Virus record (IMG/VR): IMGVR_UViG_3300046170_000173
Direction: 5' to 3' (one strand)
DNA from: a virus
Length of the DNA: 64,000 nt
A model generated the notes under the pieces. That model had not been told where the DNA came from. It saw only the letters and a program-made list of their open reading frames with translations, and did no database searches. A program made the translations under genes and the position numbers. Below are positions 29,487 to 40,156 of this stretch, piece by piece. Position 1 is the first letter of the stretch, and every line of letters begins with the position of its first letter.

Positions 29487-30268
29487 TGATGGGCGGACAC
29501 TTCTATCACAAACGTGTGCGCACATGTGTTGCGTTATTCGGATCTATGTTCGATGATATGCATATACTGCGAACCGCGGCGGACGGTAAGGTATTGTCTC
29601 AGGTCAAACTGCCTCTGACGTATGCACCTCGCAGGAACTTCATCTCGCGACTAGAGGAGATGGGTAGAGGGGAACAGTCCGAACGCAAGGTCGCACTGAA
29701 GTTGCCGCGCATGTCTTTTGAAATCGTGTCGATTGCATATGACGCACCAAGACAGTTACCAAAAATCAATCAGGTAAGTGTGGCCTCAAGTCAAAGTGAC
29801 GGAACTCGCAAGGATATATTTTGCGGTGTCCCATATAAGATTGGTTTTGAACTGAACGTCTACGCGAAGTCTCAGGACGACGCACTTCAAGTGGTCGAAC
29901 AGATATTACCATACTTTGCCCCTCAGTATTCTCTATCAGTCAAACCGTTTTCCGATTATCCAGAAATCAAAGAAGACATCCCGATCACTCTGACGGGGGT
30001 CAACTTTTCTGACGACTTCGAAGGACCGATCGAGCAGAGACGAACTATCATATACACTCTATCCTTTGATATGAATGCGAACTTCTATGGTCCTGTGAAG
30101 ACAGGCGTAGAGATCCGTGAAGTAAATACAGAACTTAATGCCATCGTTTCAGATGCGGGAGATACAGATTTCCTAAGTAATGTACGTGTGACACCAGATC
30201 CGATTGACGTAAATTCAAGCGGAGACTTTGGTTTTAATATAGAGATAACCGATGACAGACAGTCATAA
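29486..30268 (+). CDS. gp15: Tail sheath stabiliser/terminator gp15
   Basis: FYH...FGSMF, LPRMSFE, QVVEQILPYFAP. Confidence 0.9.
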   Translation: MMGGHFYHKRVRTCVALFGSMFDDMHILRTAADGKVLSQVKLPLTYAPRRNFISRLEEMGRGEQSERKVALKLPRMSFEIVSIAYDAPRQLPKINQVSVASSQSDGTRKDIFCGVPYKIGFELNVYAKSQDDALQVVEQILPYFAPQYSLSVKPFSDYPEIKEDIPITLTGVNFSDDFEGPIEQRRTIIYTLSFDMNANFYGPVKTGVEIREVNTELNAIVSDAGDTDFLSNVRVTPDPIDVNSSGDFGFNIEITDDRQS

Positions 30269-30638
30269 CCCCCCAACAATTATCACGGGCGATCAAAAGA
30301 AAAACTTTGTCCACGAACAGGACTATGAGTACTCCCGTGATACCTACTATGATCTAATCGAGAAAGGTCGAGAATCGCTTGACCTAATGATTCAGGTCGC
30401 GCGTGAATCAGAACATCCCCGAGCATTCGAGGTGTTGTCTAATATGATCAAGGACATCGCTAACGTCAATGACAAGCTGATGGAACTTAACAAGAAACAA
30501 AAAGATTTGTTGCAAGACGACAAACCTAAAGAGACAACCACCACAAACAATAATCTATTTGTCGGGTCGACCACTGAACTCCAGCGTTTCCTATTGGGGG
30601 ACAAGGATGAGAAGGTCATAGACCAAGACGATGAGTAG
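30252..30638 (+). CDS. gp16: Terminase small subunit gp16
   Basis: DYEYSR, SEHPRAFEV, NNNLFVGSTTELQ. Confidence 0.9.
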   Translation: MTDSHNPPTIITGDQKKNFVHEQDYEYSRDTYYDLIEKGRESLDLMIQVARESEHPRAFEVLSNMIKDIANVNDKLMELNKKQKDLLQDDKPKETTTTNNNLFVGSTTELQRFLLGDKDEKVIDQDDE

Positions 30639-32259
30639 TTATAGTAAGAACTCCTATCTAGGTAATCCACAGATCAAACGAGACGGTGTCGCAGAAGAAT
30701 GGGACGCCACGAAACTCCGTGAGTATAAGAAATGCATGGGAGATCCTTCGTATTTCTGCAAACAGTATGTCAAGGTTATCCATCTAGACAAGGGCCTCGT
30801 TCCATTCGAACTCTACCCGTATCAAGAAGACATGTTTGATCACTTTGAGGATAACAGGTTTTCTATCGTCCTAGCGTGTCGACAGTCAGGTAAGTCTATC
30901 AGTTCGGTCGGATACATTCTATGGTATGCCCTGTTCCATCCAGAAAAGACCATTGCTATCCTCGCGAACAAGGGTGCGACCGCACGTGAGATGTTGGCAC
31001 GTGTGACCTTGATGATGGAAAATCTTCCGTTCTTCTTACAGCCAGGGTGTAAGGCACTCAACAAAGGATCTATCGAACTATCCAATAACTCTCGTATAAT
31101 CGCAAGTGCGACATCCGGATCATCGATTCGTGGTATGTCGGTAAACCTTCTGTTCCTAGATGAGTTTGCGTTCGTTGAGAACGCGGCAGAATTCTATACG
31201 TCAACCTATCCCGTAGTATCTTCCGGTGTAGACACTAAGGTGATCATTACATCAACCGCGAATGGTATCGGTAATACTTATCATAAGATCTGGGAAGGTG
31301 CCGTGCAAGGTGTAAACGAATACAAACCCTATCGTGTAGATTGGTGGGATGTGCCTGGGCGAGATGATAGGTGGAAAGAGGAAACCATCGCGAATACATC
31401 CCAACTCCAGTTTGATCAGGAATTTGGGAATACCTTCTTCGGGACGGGTGACACATTGATCGAGGGTAATACCCTGCTAGATCTACGTGCGCGACAACCA
31501 ATAAATCTATTGGAAGGTGGGGATCTCAAGGTATATGAGAAACCCATCAAAGATCATGAGTATATCATGACCGTGGATGTAAGTAAGGGTAGAGGACAGG
31601 ACTATTCGACATTTACGGTAATCGATGTATCACAAAGGCCATTTAAACAAGTGGCTGTATATCGAAACAACAATATTTCTCCCTTGCTCTACCCGAGCAT
31701 TATTTATAAGTATGCGAATCTTTATAACGAAGCGTTATGTATTGTTGAAAATAATGATGCCGGAATATTGGTTGCGGTTGGTCTCTACCAAGATCTAGAG
31801 TATGAAAATATGTTCTTGGAATCCGCTATCAAGTCAGACGCTATCGGTGTAACGATGACTCGTAAAGTAAAACGCATCGGGTGTTCGTCTATTAAGGATA
31901 TCTTAGAGAACAATAAATTACAAGTAGTTGATGAAGAAACTATTCTAGAGATCTCCACATTTGTCTCCAAGGGGGTATCCTATGAGGCGAGTGATGGTAA
32001 CCACGACGACTTGATGATGAACCTAGTGATGTTCGGTTACTTCGTCTCCACCCAATCATTCGGTGACAACTTCGACATGAACATCAAGAACCTTTTGTTT
32101 GAAGAAAGGATGGCGCAGATCGAGGAAGACCTACCACCATTCGGTATCATCGATGATGGAAGGGATTTTTTAGAGAAACCCTCGGCAGATGGCAGTGAAT
32201 ATTCAGCAGAATGGACGAACTTTCAAACCCCGTTCGACGCAAATTACGGTGAAAACTAG
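30631..32259 (+). CDS. gp17: Terminase large subunit gp17
   Basis: YLGNP, RQSGKS Walker A, LDEFAF Walker B, HDDLMM nuclease motif. Confidence 0.95.
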   Translation: MSSYSKNSYLGNPQIKRDGVAEEWDATKLREYKKCMGDPSYFCKQYVKVIHLDKGLVPFELYPYQEDMFDHFEDNRFSIVLACRQSGKSISSVGYILWYALFHPEKTIAILANKGATAREMLARVTLMMENLPFFLQPGCKALNKGSIELSNNSRIIASATSGSSIRGMSVNLLFLDEFAFVENAAEFYTSTYPVVSSGVDTKVIITSTANGIGNTYHKIWEGAVQGVNEYKPYRVDWWDVPGRDDRWKEETIANTSQLQFDQEFGNTFFGTGDTLIEGNTLLDLRARQPINLLEGGDLKVYEKPIKDHEYIMTVDVSKGRGQDYSTFTVIDVSQRPFKQVAVYRNNNISPLLYPSIIYKYANLYNEALCIVENNDAGILVAVGLYQDLEYENMFLESAIKSDAIGVTMTRKVKRIGCSSIKDILENNKLQVVDEETILEISTFVSKGVSYEASDGNHDDLMMNLVMFGYFVSTQSFGDNFDMNIKNLLFEERMAQIEEDLPPFGIIDDGRDFLEKPSADGSEYSAEWTNFQTPFDANYGEN

Positions 32260-32264
32260 TAAGT

Positions 32265-32272
32265 TATAAATA
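32265..32272 (+). promoter_or_regulatory. T4-type late promoter
   Basis: TATAAATA upstream of gp18. Confidence 0.75.
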
Positions 32273-32338
32273 GTGCTATTGACGATATTACTACGTATTA
32301 TGTTTAACTTATTATACCTTAACTAGAAGGATACAATC

Positions 32339-33937
32339 ATGGCTCTTAGATCAAATGAGTCACCAGGCGTAACCATTAAAGAAATAGACCTATCTGGAAC
32401 TGTTCCAGCGGTCGGTTCTACTACAGGTGCGTTCATCGGTGACTTCGCGTGGGGTCCAGTAGGAAAACCAGTATTCGTGGCGAACGAGTCTGAATTGGTT
32501 TCTACTTTTGGGTCTCCAAAAGACGGAGGGAGTTCAGCTGACTTCCTAGCGGTCTCTCAATTTCTAAAATACTCCGGTAGTGCTTTTGTTACACGCGCGA
32601 GCGCGGGAACAACTGCAAAGGCACCATCACAAGACCTACTAACAGCTAACCAAGCCGTACAAGACGCACAAGCTGCGTTAGATGCGGAACAGGCAAAAAA
32701 CGAACCAGACGACGACACCGTTGACACACTAACCACAGCACTAAATGCAGCTCTAGCTTTACAGTTGGAGAAAGACGGAGAAGTCGAACCAGTAATGGCA
32801 AAACACCCAGGCTCTCTGGGAGACAACTTAAAAGTTGTTGTTACTGCCGTTAGTGAAAGCGTACTAGGTGTAGATGGGACATCGACAAGCGTAAGCACCA
32901 AAACAGTTGATGTTGAATATGATGGCGAGGTTGTTGAATCATATGCAAACCTAACAGAAACTGTTGGTGACGAACGTTACATCTTAGAATATGTTAACCG
33001 TCGTTCTAACTGGATCGAACTATCTCAGTCGCCTCAAGCCGGAACTTTCGACCTTGACGGTGGTACAGACGCACCTTCGGCAACACTTCAGCAAGACTAC
33101 GTAGAAGCATACGGTGATGTTGATCAGATCCAGATCGACTTCATGGTTGCACACAACTCTGGTTTAGAAGTATCTGCTCTAGCGGGTATCGCTCAGAACT
33201 TACGTAAAGACTGCATTGTTGTTGCATCACCACCAAGTGCGCCAGCATCACTAGGCGATGTTGTTGATAGTTGGGCAGATAACCTACCATCAACATCTTA
33301 CTTAGTGTTGGATGGTAACTGGGTTCAGGTCTACAACAAGTATCTAGATCAATACGAATTCATTCCAGCATGTTCATCAACTGCGGGTATCATGGCATCA
33401 ACAGATATTTCTTCTGCTCCTTGGTTCTCCCCTGCTGGAACACGTCGTGGTCAATACTTCGGTGTATCTGCACTTGCGTTCAACCCAACAAAGGGTGAAC
33501 GTGATCAGATGTATGCAGCACGTGTCAACCCAATCGTTTCTATGCCTGGCCAAGGCACTGTACTGTTCGGGGACAAGACTGCACTAGCACGTCCATCTGC
33601 ATTCGATCGCATCAACGTCCGTCGACTATTCCTAGTCATCGAACGTGCAATCGGTGAAGCCGCGAAGAACGTCATGTTCGAACTGAACGACGACTTCACA
33701 CGCGCAGAGTTCACAAACATCGTAGAACCATTCCTACGTGAAGTCCAAGGGCGTCGTGGTATCACCGACTTCCGTGTTGTATGTGACGAAACAAACAACA
33801 CGTCAGAAGTTGTCGACCGCAACGAATTCATAGCGTCTTGCTTTATCAAGCCAGCACGTTCAATCAACTACGTCACTCTCAACTTTGTCGCGGTTCGTAC
33901 CGGCGTCGAGTTTGAAGAAGTGGTCGGTACTGTATAA
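32339..33937 (+). CDS. gp18: Tail sheath protein gp18
   Basis: SPGVTIKEID, FAWGP, WFSPAG, FDRINVRRLF, IKPARSIN. Confidence 0.95.
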   Translation: MALRSNESPGVTIKEIDLSGTVPAVGSTTGAFIGDFAWGPVGKPVFVANESELVSTFGSPKDGGSSADFLAVSQFLKYSGSAFVTRASAGTTAKAPSQDLLTANQAVQDAQAALDAEQAKNEPDDDTVDTLTTALNAALALQLEKDGEVEPVMAKHPGSLGDNLKVVVTAVSESVLGVDGTSTSVSTKTVDVEYDGEVVESYANLTETVGDERYILEYVNRRSNWIELSQSPQAGTFDLDGGTDAPSATLQQDYVEAYGDVDQIQIDFMVAHNSGLEVSALAGIAQNLRKDCIVVASPPSAPASLGDVVDSWADNLPSTSYLVLDGNWVQVYNKYLDQYEFIPACSSTAGIMASTDISSAPWFSPAGTRRGQYFGVSALAFNPTKGERDQMYAARVNPIVSMPGQGTVLFGDKTALARPSAFDRINVRRLFLVIERAIGEAAKNVMFELNDDFTRAEFTNIVEPFLREVQGRRGITDFRVVCDETNNTSEVVDRNEFIASCFIKPARSINYVTLNFVAVRTGVEFEEVVGTV

Positions 33938-33948
33938 GGAGAACGATC

Positions 33949-34473
33949 ATGACATTAAGAGTAGACGATTTTAAAGCAAAGTTGAAAGGTGGCGGTGCAC
34001 GTCCTAACCTATTCCGTGTTCTAATGAACTTTCCTGCATACGCAGGCGGTGATGCGGAACTTGCGTCATTCATGTGTAAGACAGCGCAACTTCCTGCCTC
34101 TAATGTAGCTTCGGTTGATGTACCTTTCCGTGGTCGTATTCTAAAGATCGCCGGAGAACGTACATTTGATGATTGGGAAGTAACCATTATCAATGACACC
34201 GACTTCGCGGTTCGTGATTCATTAGAACGTTGGATGAACGGTATCAATGGTCACAGTGCTAACACTGGTATCACATCACCAACACTTTATCAGGCAGACA
34301 TGATTGTCGAACAACTAGATAAAGACGGAAGTGTCCTAAAGACATATAACTTCCGTGGTGCGTTCCCAATCACAGTAGGTTCTATTGAACTAGATTACGG
34401 AACTGGAGACGCTATCGAAGAGTTCACTGCAACTTTCGCAATCCAATACTGGGAGTCAAATACCACTAGTTAA
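33949..34473 (+). CDS. gp19: Tail tube protein gp19
   Basis: GGARPNLF, FRGRILKIAGERTF, IEEF. Confidence 0.95.
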   Translation: MTLRVDDFKAKLKGGGARPNLFRVLMNFPAYAGGDAELASFMCKTAQLPASNVASVDVPFRGRILKIAGERTFDDWEVTIINDTDFAVRDSLERWMNGINGHSANTGITSPTLYQADMIVEQLDKDGSVLKTYNFRGAFPITVGSIELDYGTGDAIEEFTATFAIQYWESNTTS

Positions 34474-34535
34474 AGGTATTATAAGTAAGTTTGATGGGGG
34501 TGCCTTGCACCCCTTATACTTGAACTGAGGATCTT

Positions 34536-36041
34536 ATGGCAGATAATGACTCAAACGTTTTCTCCGCATTCGGTTTCGAACTGAAGAGAGCGTCAAAAGA
34601 AAAAGATGAAAAGAAGGTAACGTCTATCGTCCCTAAAGTGGATGAGGATGGTGCTGGTTACGTCACCGCGTCGGGTTCATACTTTGGACAGTATATCGAC
34701 ATGGAAGGCGGCTCTGCAAAAGATAATCACGGACTAATTACTAAGTATCGACAGATCGCGGAACATCCGGAAGTCGATGCTGCAATTGAAGACATCCTAA
34801 ACGAATCTATCGTTGCGGGTGAACTAGAATCTACTGTTGCGTTGAACCTAGACAAGGTCGACACCTCAGACAAAATCAAAAACACACTACTCGAAGAGTT
34901 CGGCAACATCGTTGCAATGTTGAACTTCGAGGAATACGGTCACGACATGTTCCGTTCATGGTATGTCGATGGTCGTCTATATCACCACCTTGTGGTCGAC
35001 ACATCTAATCCTAAGATGGGGATTCAAGAGATCCGTCCGATCGACTCTGCAAAGATCCGCAAGGTCAAAGATGTGAAGCACAAAACAGATCCAGCAACTG
35101 GTGCGAAATTGGTAGACAAGGTAAATGAGTTTTACATCTATCAGGACAAGGGCAGTACAGGTGCTGGTGTCAAGTTGACCTCTGATTCTGTTTCGTATAT
35201 CACTTCAGGTTTATTGGACAACTCAAAGAAACGTGTCCTATCCTATCTACAGAAAGCAATTAAACCTGTAAACCAGTTGCGCATGATGGAAGACTCGTTG
35301 GTCATCTATCGTATGTCTCGCGCACCTGAGCGTCGTATCTTCTACATCGACGTGGGTAACTTACCGAAGGGTAAATCAGAACAATACATCAAAGACATCA
35401 TGTCGCGTTACCGCAACAAGATCGTCTATGATGCGAACACGGGTGAAATCAAGGATGACCGCAAGCATATGTCGATGCTTGAGGACTTCTGGTTACCACG
35501 TCGTGAGGGTGGTCGAGGAACAGAGATCAGTACACTACCAGGCGGTGAGAACCTTGGTCAGATCGACGACATCATTTATTTCCAAAAGAAGTTGTATCGT
35601 TCATTGAACGTGCCCCTATCGCGTCTCGAACAGGAACAACAGTTCGCACTAGGTCGTGCGACAGAGATCAACCGTGATGAGGTTAAGTTTCAGAAGTTCA
35701 TTGACAGGTTGCGACGTAAGTTTGCAAACCTATTCACAGGTGTTTTAAGAAAGCAGTTGTTACTGAAGGGTATATGTACTGAACAAGATTGGGAGTCGTG
35801 GAAGAACCACATCCAGATCGACTTTAACCGCGACAACCACTTTGTCGAATTAAAGGAAGCAGAAATACTGCGAGAACGACTACAGACTATGGATCAGGTT
35901 TCCACATACGTAGGAGAGTACTTCTCACGTGAGTGGGTTATGAAGAACGTCATGATGTTCAATGATGAGGACATCGCAGAGATGGCGAAACAAGTCGAAG
36001 CTGAGAACGCAAACAGCGACGATATGGATGATGACTTTTAA
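34536..36041 (+). CDS. gp20: Portal protein gp20
   Basis: RAPERRIFYIDVGNLPK, EDFWLPRREGGRGTEI. Confidence 0.95.
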   Translation: MADNDSNVFSAFGFELKRASKEKDEKKVTSIVPKVDEDGAGYVTASGSYFGQYIDMEGGSAKDNHGLITKYRQIAEHPEVDAAIEDILNESIVAGELESTVALNLDKVDTSDKIKNTLLEEFGNIVAMLNFEEYGHDMFRSWYVDGRLYHHLVVDTSNPKMGIQEIRPIDSAKIRKVKDVKHKTDPATGAKLVDKVNEFYIYQDKGSTGAGVKLTSDSVSYITSGLLDNSKKRVLSYLQKAIKPVNQLRMMEDSLVIYRMSRAPERRIFYIDVGNLPKGKSEQYIKDIMSRYRNKIVYDANTGEIKDDRKHMSMLEDFWLPRREGGRGTEISTLPGGENLGQIDDIIYFQKKLYRSLNVPLSRLEQEQQFALGRATEINRDEVKFQKFIDRLRRKFANLFTGVLRKQLLLKGICTEQDWESWKNHIQIDFNRDNHFVELKEAEILRERLQTMDQVSTYVGEYFSREWVMKNVMMFNDEDIAEMAKQVEAENANSDDMDDDF

Positions 36042-36053
36042 GGAGTATATTTA

Positions 36054-36332
36054 ATGAGCGATACAGAAACAGTTGAACTATCATCAACAGAAAATTTAAT
36101 CGGGGCACTTGAAGTTGGTAACTTTGCTTCTGCTGAAGAGTTATTCAACACTCTTATAAATGATAAAGTGCAAGACGCATTAGACGCGGAAAGAGTTAAT
36201 GTCGCGAATCAGATTTTCAACGGTGTTGAAGAGGAAGATTTAGAAGTAACTGACGAAGAAATCGATGCGGCACTTGAGTCAGGTGATTTTGACGATGTGG
36301 AGTTCGGCGAAGAAGCGGACGATTTCGAATAA
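36054..36332 (+). CDS. Acidic prohead core protein (gp67-like)
   Basis: Position after the portal gene; very acidic 92 aa. Confidence 0.6.
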   Translation: MSDTETVELSSTENLIGALEVGNFASAEELFNTLINDKVQDALDAERVNVANQIFNGVEEEDLEVTDEEIDAALESGDFDDVEFGEEADDFE

Positions 36333-36356
36333 AATCGATGTTAAAAACTTTTCGTG

Positions 36357-36364
36357 TATAAATA
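36357..36364 (+). promoter_or_regulatory. T4-type late promoter
   Basis: TATAAATA. Confidence 0.75.
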
Positions 36365-36382
36365 GACTAATAAGGAGACAAG

Positions 36383-36580
36383 ATGAAAACTTTTCAAGAA
36401 ATTCGTGAGGCAAAAGATAAGGTCGTCTTCAACAAGAAGATGTCTGGTTATCCTGTTGTCATTACTAAGGTCGCGAAAGGATTCCATCTAACAATCGACG
36501 GAGATTCTGTCGATACCTTTAAGTCGCAAAAAGAAGCGGAAACAACCGCAAAACAAGTCCTGAAGGACTTAGGAAAATAA
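36383..36580 (+). CDS. Small head-morphogenesis protein (gp68 position)
   Basis: MKTFQEIRE start, strong AAGGAG RBS, synteny. Confidence 0.6.
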   Translation: MKTFQEIREAKDKVVFNKKMSGYPVVITKVAKGFHLTIDGDSVDTFKSQKEAETTAKQVLKDLGK

Positions 36581-36581
36581 A

Positions 36582-37241
36582 ATGAAGCTGATTAGCGAAT
36601 TCGTAGAAAACGACATTGAATGCATCGTTGAAGCCAAAGAGAACGGCGAGAAGAACTTTGTCATTGAAGGTGTATTCGCTCAGGCAGACAAAAAGAATCG
36701 TAACGGACGTATCTACCCAAAACCAATTATGGAGAAGGCGGTAAATACGTATGTTGAAAATCAAGTTAGCAAAAAACGTGCTGTTGGGGAACTCAATCAC
36801 CCTGAAGGTCCGACTGTTAACTTGGATAAAGTTTCTCACCTCATTACTGACTTGAAATTTGAAGGAAATGATGTGGTTGGAAAGGCACAAATATTGGATA
36901 CCCCAATGGGTCAGATAGTGAAAGGTCTCTTAGAAGGAGGTGTTCAACTAGGTGTGTCAACTCGTGGAATGGGAAGTCTTGAGAGTAAAAACGGCGTAAT
37001 GTACGTCAAAGATGATTTTATTCTTGCTACGGTAGATATCGTGCAAGATCCATCAGCACCTGAAGCATTTGTTAATGGGATTATGGAAGGTGTAGATTGG
37101 GTCTGGAATAATGGAATCTTAGAACCTCAAGCTATTGAAGATATAGAGACTGAAATTAAGCAAGCACCTATCACACATCGTCCTGAAGTGCAGATTCGTG
37201 AATTCAAGAATTTCCTCTCGTTAATCAAATCTAAACTATAA
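36582..37241 (+). CDS. gp21: Prohead protease gp21
   Basis: NRNGRIY, GELNHP, GVSTRGMGS, DPSAPEA. Confidence 0.95.
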   Translation: MKLISEFVENDIECIVEAKENGEKNFVIEGVFAQADKKNRNGRIYPKPIMEKAVNTYVENQVSKKRAVGELNHPEGPTVNLDKVSHLITDLKFEGNDVVGKAQILDTPMGQIVKGLLEGGVQLGVSTRGMGSLESKNGVMYVKDDFILATVDIVQDPSAPEAFVNGIMEGVDWVWNNGILEPQAIEDIETEIKQAPITHRPEVQIREFKNFLSLIKSKL

Positions 37242-37251
37242 AGGAGTCACT

Positions 37252-38283
37252 ATGACTGATTTAAATCAAGCAGTAGAAAGTGAAATCCGCGATACCGAGA
37301 TTGAAACTAACGAAATCGTGGAGGAAACTCTCGAAGAAGCAGCTCCAGAAAACAAAGATGCAGTCACTGAGCCAGAAGCAATTGCTTCGGTAGACAAGGC
37401 TGCGAAAGCTGCTCCAAAGGCTACCCCACCAAAAACCAAGGCGGGAATGATCAACGCAATGCATAATAAGCTAATGACATCTACTAAGGCAGATGTTCAA
37501 GCTGCTTATGACAAGATGCATGAAGGTGTTGCAAACTCCGAAGACTTAGTAGCAACAGAAGAAGTAGACACTGCTTCTGAACTTGCTGCGATTGTTGAAG
37601 GTGAAGCGACTCTATCGGAAGAGTTCAAGAAAAAGACATCTGTAATCTTCGAAGCGGCTGTAAAGTCAAAGCTTTCAGAAGAGGTCACACGTCTTGAAGA
37701 GAACTACGCGGTAGAACTTGCTGAAGAAGTCGAAACAATCAAAACTGACCTAGTCGGTAAGGTTGATTCATACCTAAACTATGTAGTTGAAACTTGGATG
37801 GAAGATAACAAGATTGCTATTCAGAACGGTCTACGTACTGAAGTCGCAGAGTCTTTCATGAACAACATGCGTGACCTATTCGTAGAGTCATACATCGAAG
37901 TTCCAGAAGCCAAGGTCGACCTAGTTGACGAACTTGCAGGACAAGTAGAAGAGTTAGAAGAACGTCTAAACAACACTACTGGCGATGCAATTTCACTAGC
38001 TGAAGAACTTGAAACTTATAAGCGTAACACTATCATCGCTGAGGCATCACGTGATTTAGCAGATACACAAGCGGAGAAGCTAAAGGGTCTCCTAGAAAGC
38101 GTTGACTTCGAGAACGAAGAATCTTTCGTTGCGAAAGTTAACACTGTCAAGGAATCATACTTCTCAAAAGAAATCCCAGAGCAACTTGAAGAATCTGTCG
38201 AAGAAACGACAGAGGAAGAAGTAGAGGTTTCATCTGTAATGGAGAATTACCTACACGCTCTTCGTAAAACCACTAAGCAATAA
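37252..38283 (+). CDS. gp22: Prohead scaffold gp22
   Basis: LSEEFK.K...IFEAAV, VDSYLNYVVETW; synteny. Confidence 0.9.
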   Translation: MTDLNQAVESEIRDTEIETNEIVEETLEEAAPENKDAVTEPEAIASVDKAAKAAPKATPPKTKAGMINAMHNKLMTSTKADVQAAYDKMHEGVANSEDLVATEEVDTASELAAIVEGEATLSEEFKKKTSVIFEAAVKSKLSEEVTRLEENYAVELAEEVETIKTDLVGKVDSYLNYVVETWMEDNKIAIQNGLRTEVAESFMNNMRDLFVESYIEVPEAKVDLVDELAGQVEELEERLNNTTGDAISLAEELETYKRNTIIAEASRDLADTQAEKLKGLLESVDFENEESFVAKVNTVKESYFSKEIPEQLEESVEETTEEEVEVSSVMENYLHALRKTTKQ

Positions 38284-38294
38284 GGAATAGTAAA

Positions 38295-39596
38295 ATGCAA
38301 TCATTCGATACATTGATTGAGAAGTGGTCACCAGTACTTAACGAAGAATCTGCTGGCAAGATCACTGATCCACTACGTAAGGCAGTAACTGCTGCCGTCC
38401 TAGAAAACCAAGAAAAAGCTCTAATGGAAGAGCGCGCTTCAATGCAAGGTTTTCTAACAGAAGCACCAACTAACGCAACTGGCGGTCAGATCGCGAACTG
38501 GGATCCAGTTCTAATCTCACTAGTACGTCGCGCAATGCCAAACCTAATGGCATACGACCTATGTGGTGTCCAGCCAATGTCTGGTCCAACTGGTCTAATC
38601 TTCGCGATGAAGTCGCACTATGACACCCAAACTGGTGCAGAAGCACTAGGTCTAGAAGAGCCTAAGTCAGGTTTCTCTGGCGCAGTTGGTCAGCAAGGCG
38701 AATCTTCAGGTCTAGCAGATCTAGAGAATGGACGTACACTTGGTCTACCTGGCCGTGCAATGTCTACAAGCGCTGCTGAGTCTCTAGGTGAGGCTGAAGG
38801 ATCTTTCAAAGAGATGGGTTTCTCAATCGAGAAGCAGAGCGTTGTTGCTAAGTCACGCGCACTGAAGGCTGAGTACTCACTAGAACTTGCGCAAGACCTA
38901 AAGGCAATCCACGGTCTAGACGCAGAGACAGAGCTTGCAAACATTCTGTCTACAGAAATCCTTGCAGAAATCAACCGCGAAATCGTTCGTTCAATCAACG
39001 GTCAGGCGGTACTAGGTGCACAAACATCTAACGTCGCTTCTGCGACATCTGGTGGCGGTATCTTTGATATCTCTACAGACGCAGACGGTCGTTGGTCAGC
39101 AGAGAAGTTCAAGGCTCTTGCAATGCAGATCGAACGTGAAGCAAACGCAATTGCGAAGGACACACGTCGCGGTAAGGGTAACATCGTAGTTTGTTCTGCT
39201 GATGTTGCAACTGCACTTGCAGCTGCTGGTTCACTAGACTATCAGCCAGGCGCTGGTCTAACTGTTGATACAACAGGTAACACATTCGCTGGTACAATCA
39301 ACGGTCGTATCCGTGTCTTTATCGACCCATACGCAGACGTTGATTACGTAACTGTAGGTTATAAGGGAACAAACGCATATGACGCAGGTATGTTCTACTG
39401 CCCATACGTCCCACTACAGATGATGAAAGCAGTCGCTGAGAACACGTTCCAGCCTAAGATTGGTTTCAAGACTCGTTACGGCATGGCAGCAAACCCATTC
39501 GTCGCTGGTGCACAACAACCGCACGATCTAGCTAATACACAAGGTCAAAACACATACTACCGTATCTTCCGTGTTGACAACCTAATGGCTAAGTAA
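38295..39596 (+). CDS. gp23: Major capsid protein gp23
   Basis: LIEKWSPVL, GVQPMSGPTGLIFA, KSRALKAEYSLELAQDLKAIHGLDAE, FQPKIGFKTRYG. Confidence 0.97.
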   Translation: MQSFDTLIEKWSPVLNEESAGKITDPLRKAVTAAVLENQEKALMEERASMQGFLTEAPTNATGGQIANWDPVLISLVRRAMPNLMAYDLCGVQPMSGPTGLIFAMKSHYDTQTGAEALGLEEPKSGFSGAVGQQGESSGLADLENGRTLGLPGRAMSTSAAESLGEAEGSFKEMGFSIEKQSVVAKSRALKAEYSLELAQDLKAIHGLDAETELANILSTEILAEINREIVRSINGQAVLGAQTSNVASATSGGGIFDISTDADGRWSAEKFKALAMQIEREANAIAKDTRRGKGNIVVCSADVATALAAAGSLDYQPGAGLTVDTTGNTFAGTINGRIRVFIDPYADVDYVTVGYKGTNAYDAGMFYCPYVPLQMMKAVAENTFQPKIGFKTRYGMAANPFVAGAQQPHDLANTQGQNTYYRIFRVDNLMAK

Positions 39597-39632
39597 AAAA
39601 ATAATAAAAAGAACTAGTCTACTAGTCATTTT

Positions 39633-39659
39633 GGGGAGTCTTCGGACTCCCTTTTTTTT
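39633..39659 (+). terminator. Rho-independent terminator (same core as 27751)
   Basis: GGGAGTC-TTCG-GACTCCC-T8. Confidence 0.85.
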
Positions 39660-39662
39660 GTG

Positions 39663-39670
39663 TATAAATA
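39663..39670 (+). promoter_or_regulatory. T4-type late promoter
   Basis: TATAAATA. Confidence 0.75.
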
Positions 39671-39691
39671 AAGTGACTAAGAGGATTCATT

Positions 39692-40156
39692 ATGAGCGTA
39701 ACATCCAACACAAACTTCTTGCAACCTACGGGATTCCGTGTCGTCATCGATCGCGCAAAATACGGAAACCTAGAATTCTTTGCACAGTCAGTAACACACC
39801 CTGGCTCTAGTGCAAACGCAGTGGATCGAGCAATTGCAAAGATCCAGAGATTCCCTGTTGCCGCAGATACCATCGAATATGCAGATCTATCGATGCAGTT
39901 GATCCTAGATGAGGACATGTCCGCGTATAAGGAAATGCAAGACTGGATGCAGCGAACGGTCGACACCTCAGAAGACCTGTCTCAAGACATTACGGTCATT
40001 ATTCTAACCAGTCATAACAACGCAAACATAAAGATCAAGTATGAGGGATGCCTTCCTATCCAACTTGGATCTATTGAGTTGAACTCCACTGCTGGAGACG
40101 TTGCATATATAACTTACGACGCCACATTTAAGTATACCAAATTCACTATATCATGA
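39692..40156 (+). CDS. gp3: Tail tube terminator gp3
   Basis: NFLQPTGF, ILDEDM..Y.E..DW, ATFKY; position after gp23 as in T4-like marine phages. Confidence 0.8.
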   Translation: MSVTSNTNFLQPTGFRVVIDRAKYGNLEFFAQSVTHPGSSANAVDRAIAKIQRFPVAADTIEYADLSMQLILDEDMSAYKEMQDWMQRTVDTSEDLSQDITVIILTSHNNANIKIKYEGCLPIQLGSIELNSTAGDVAYITYDATFKYTKFTIS

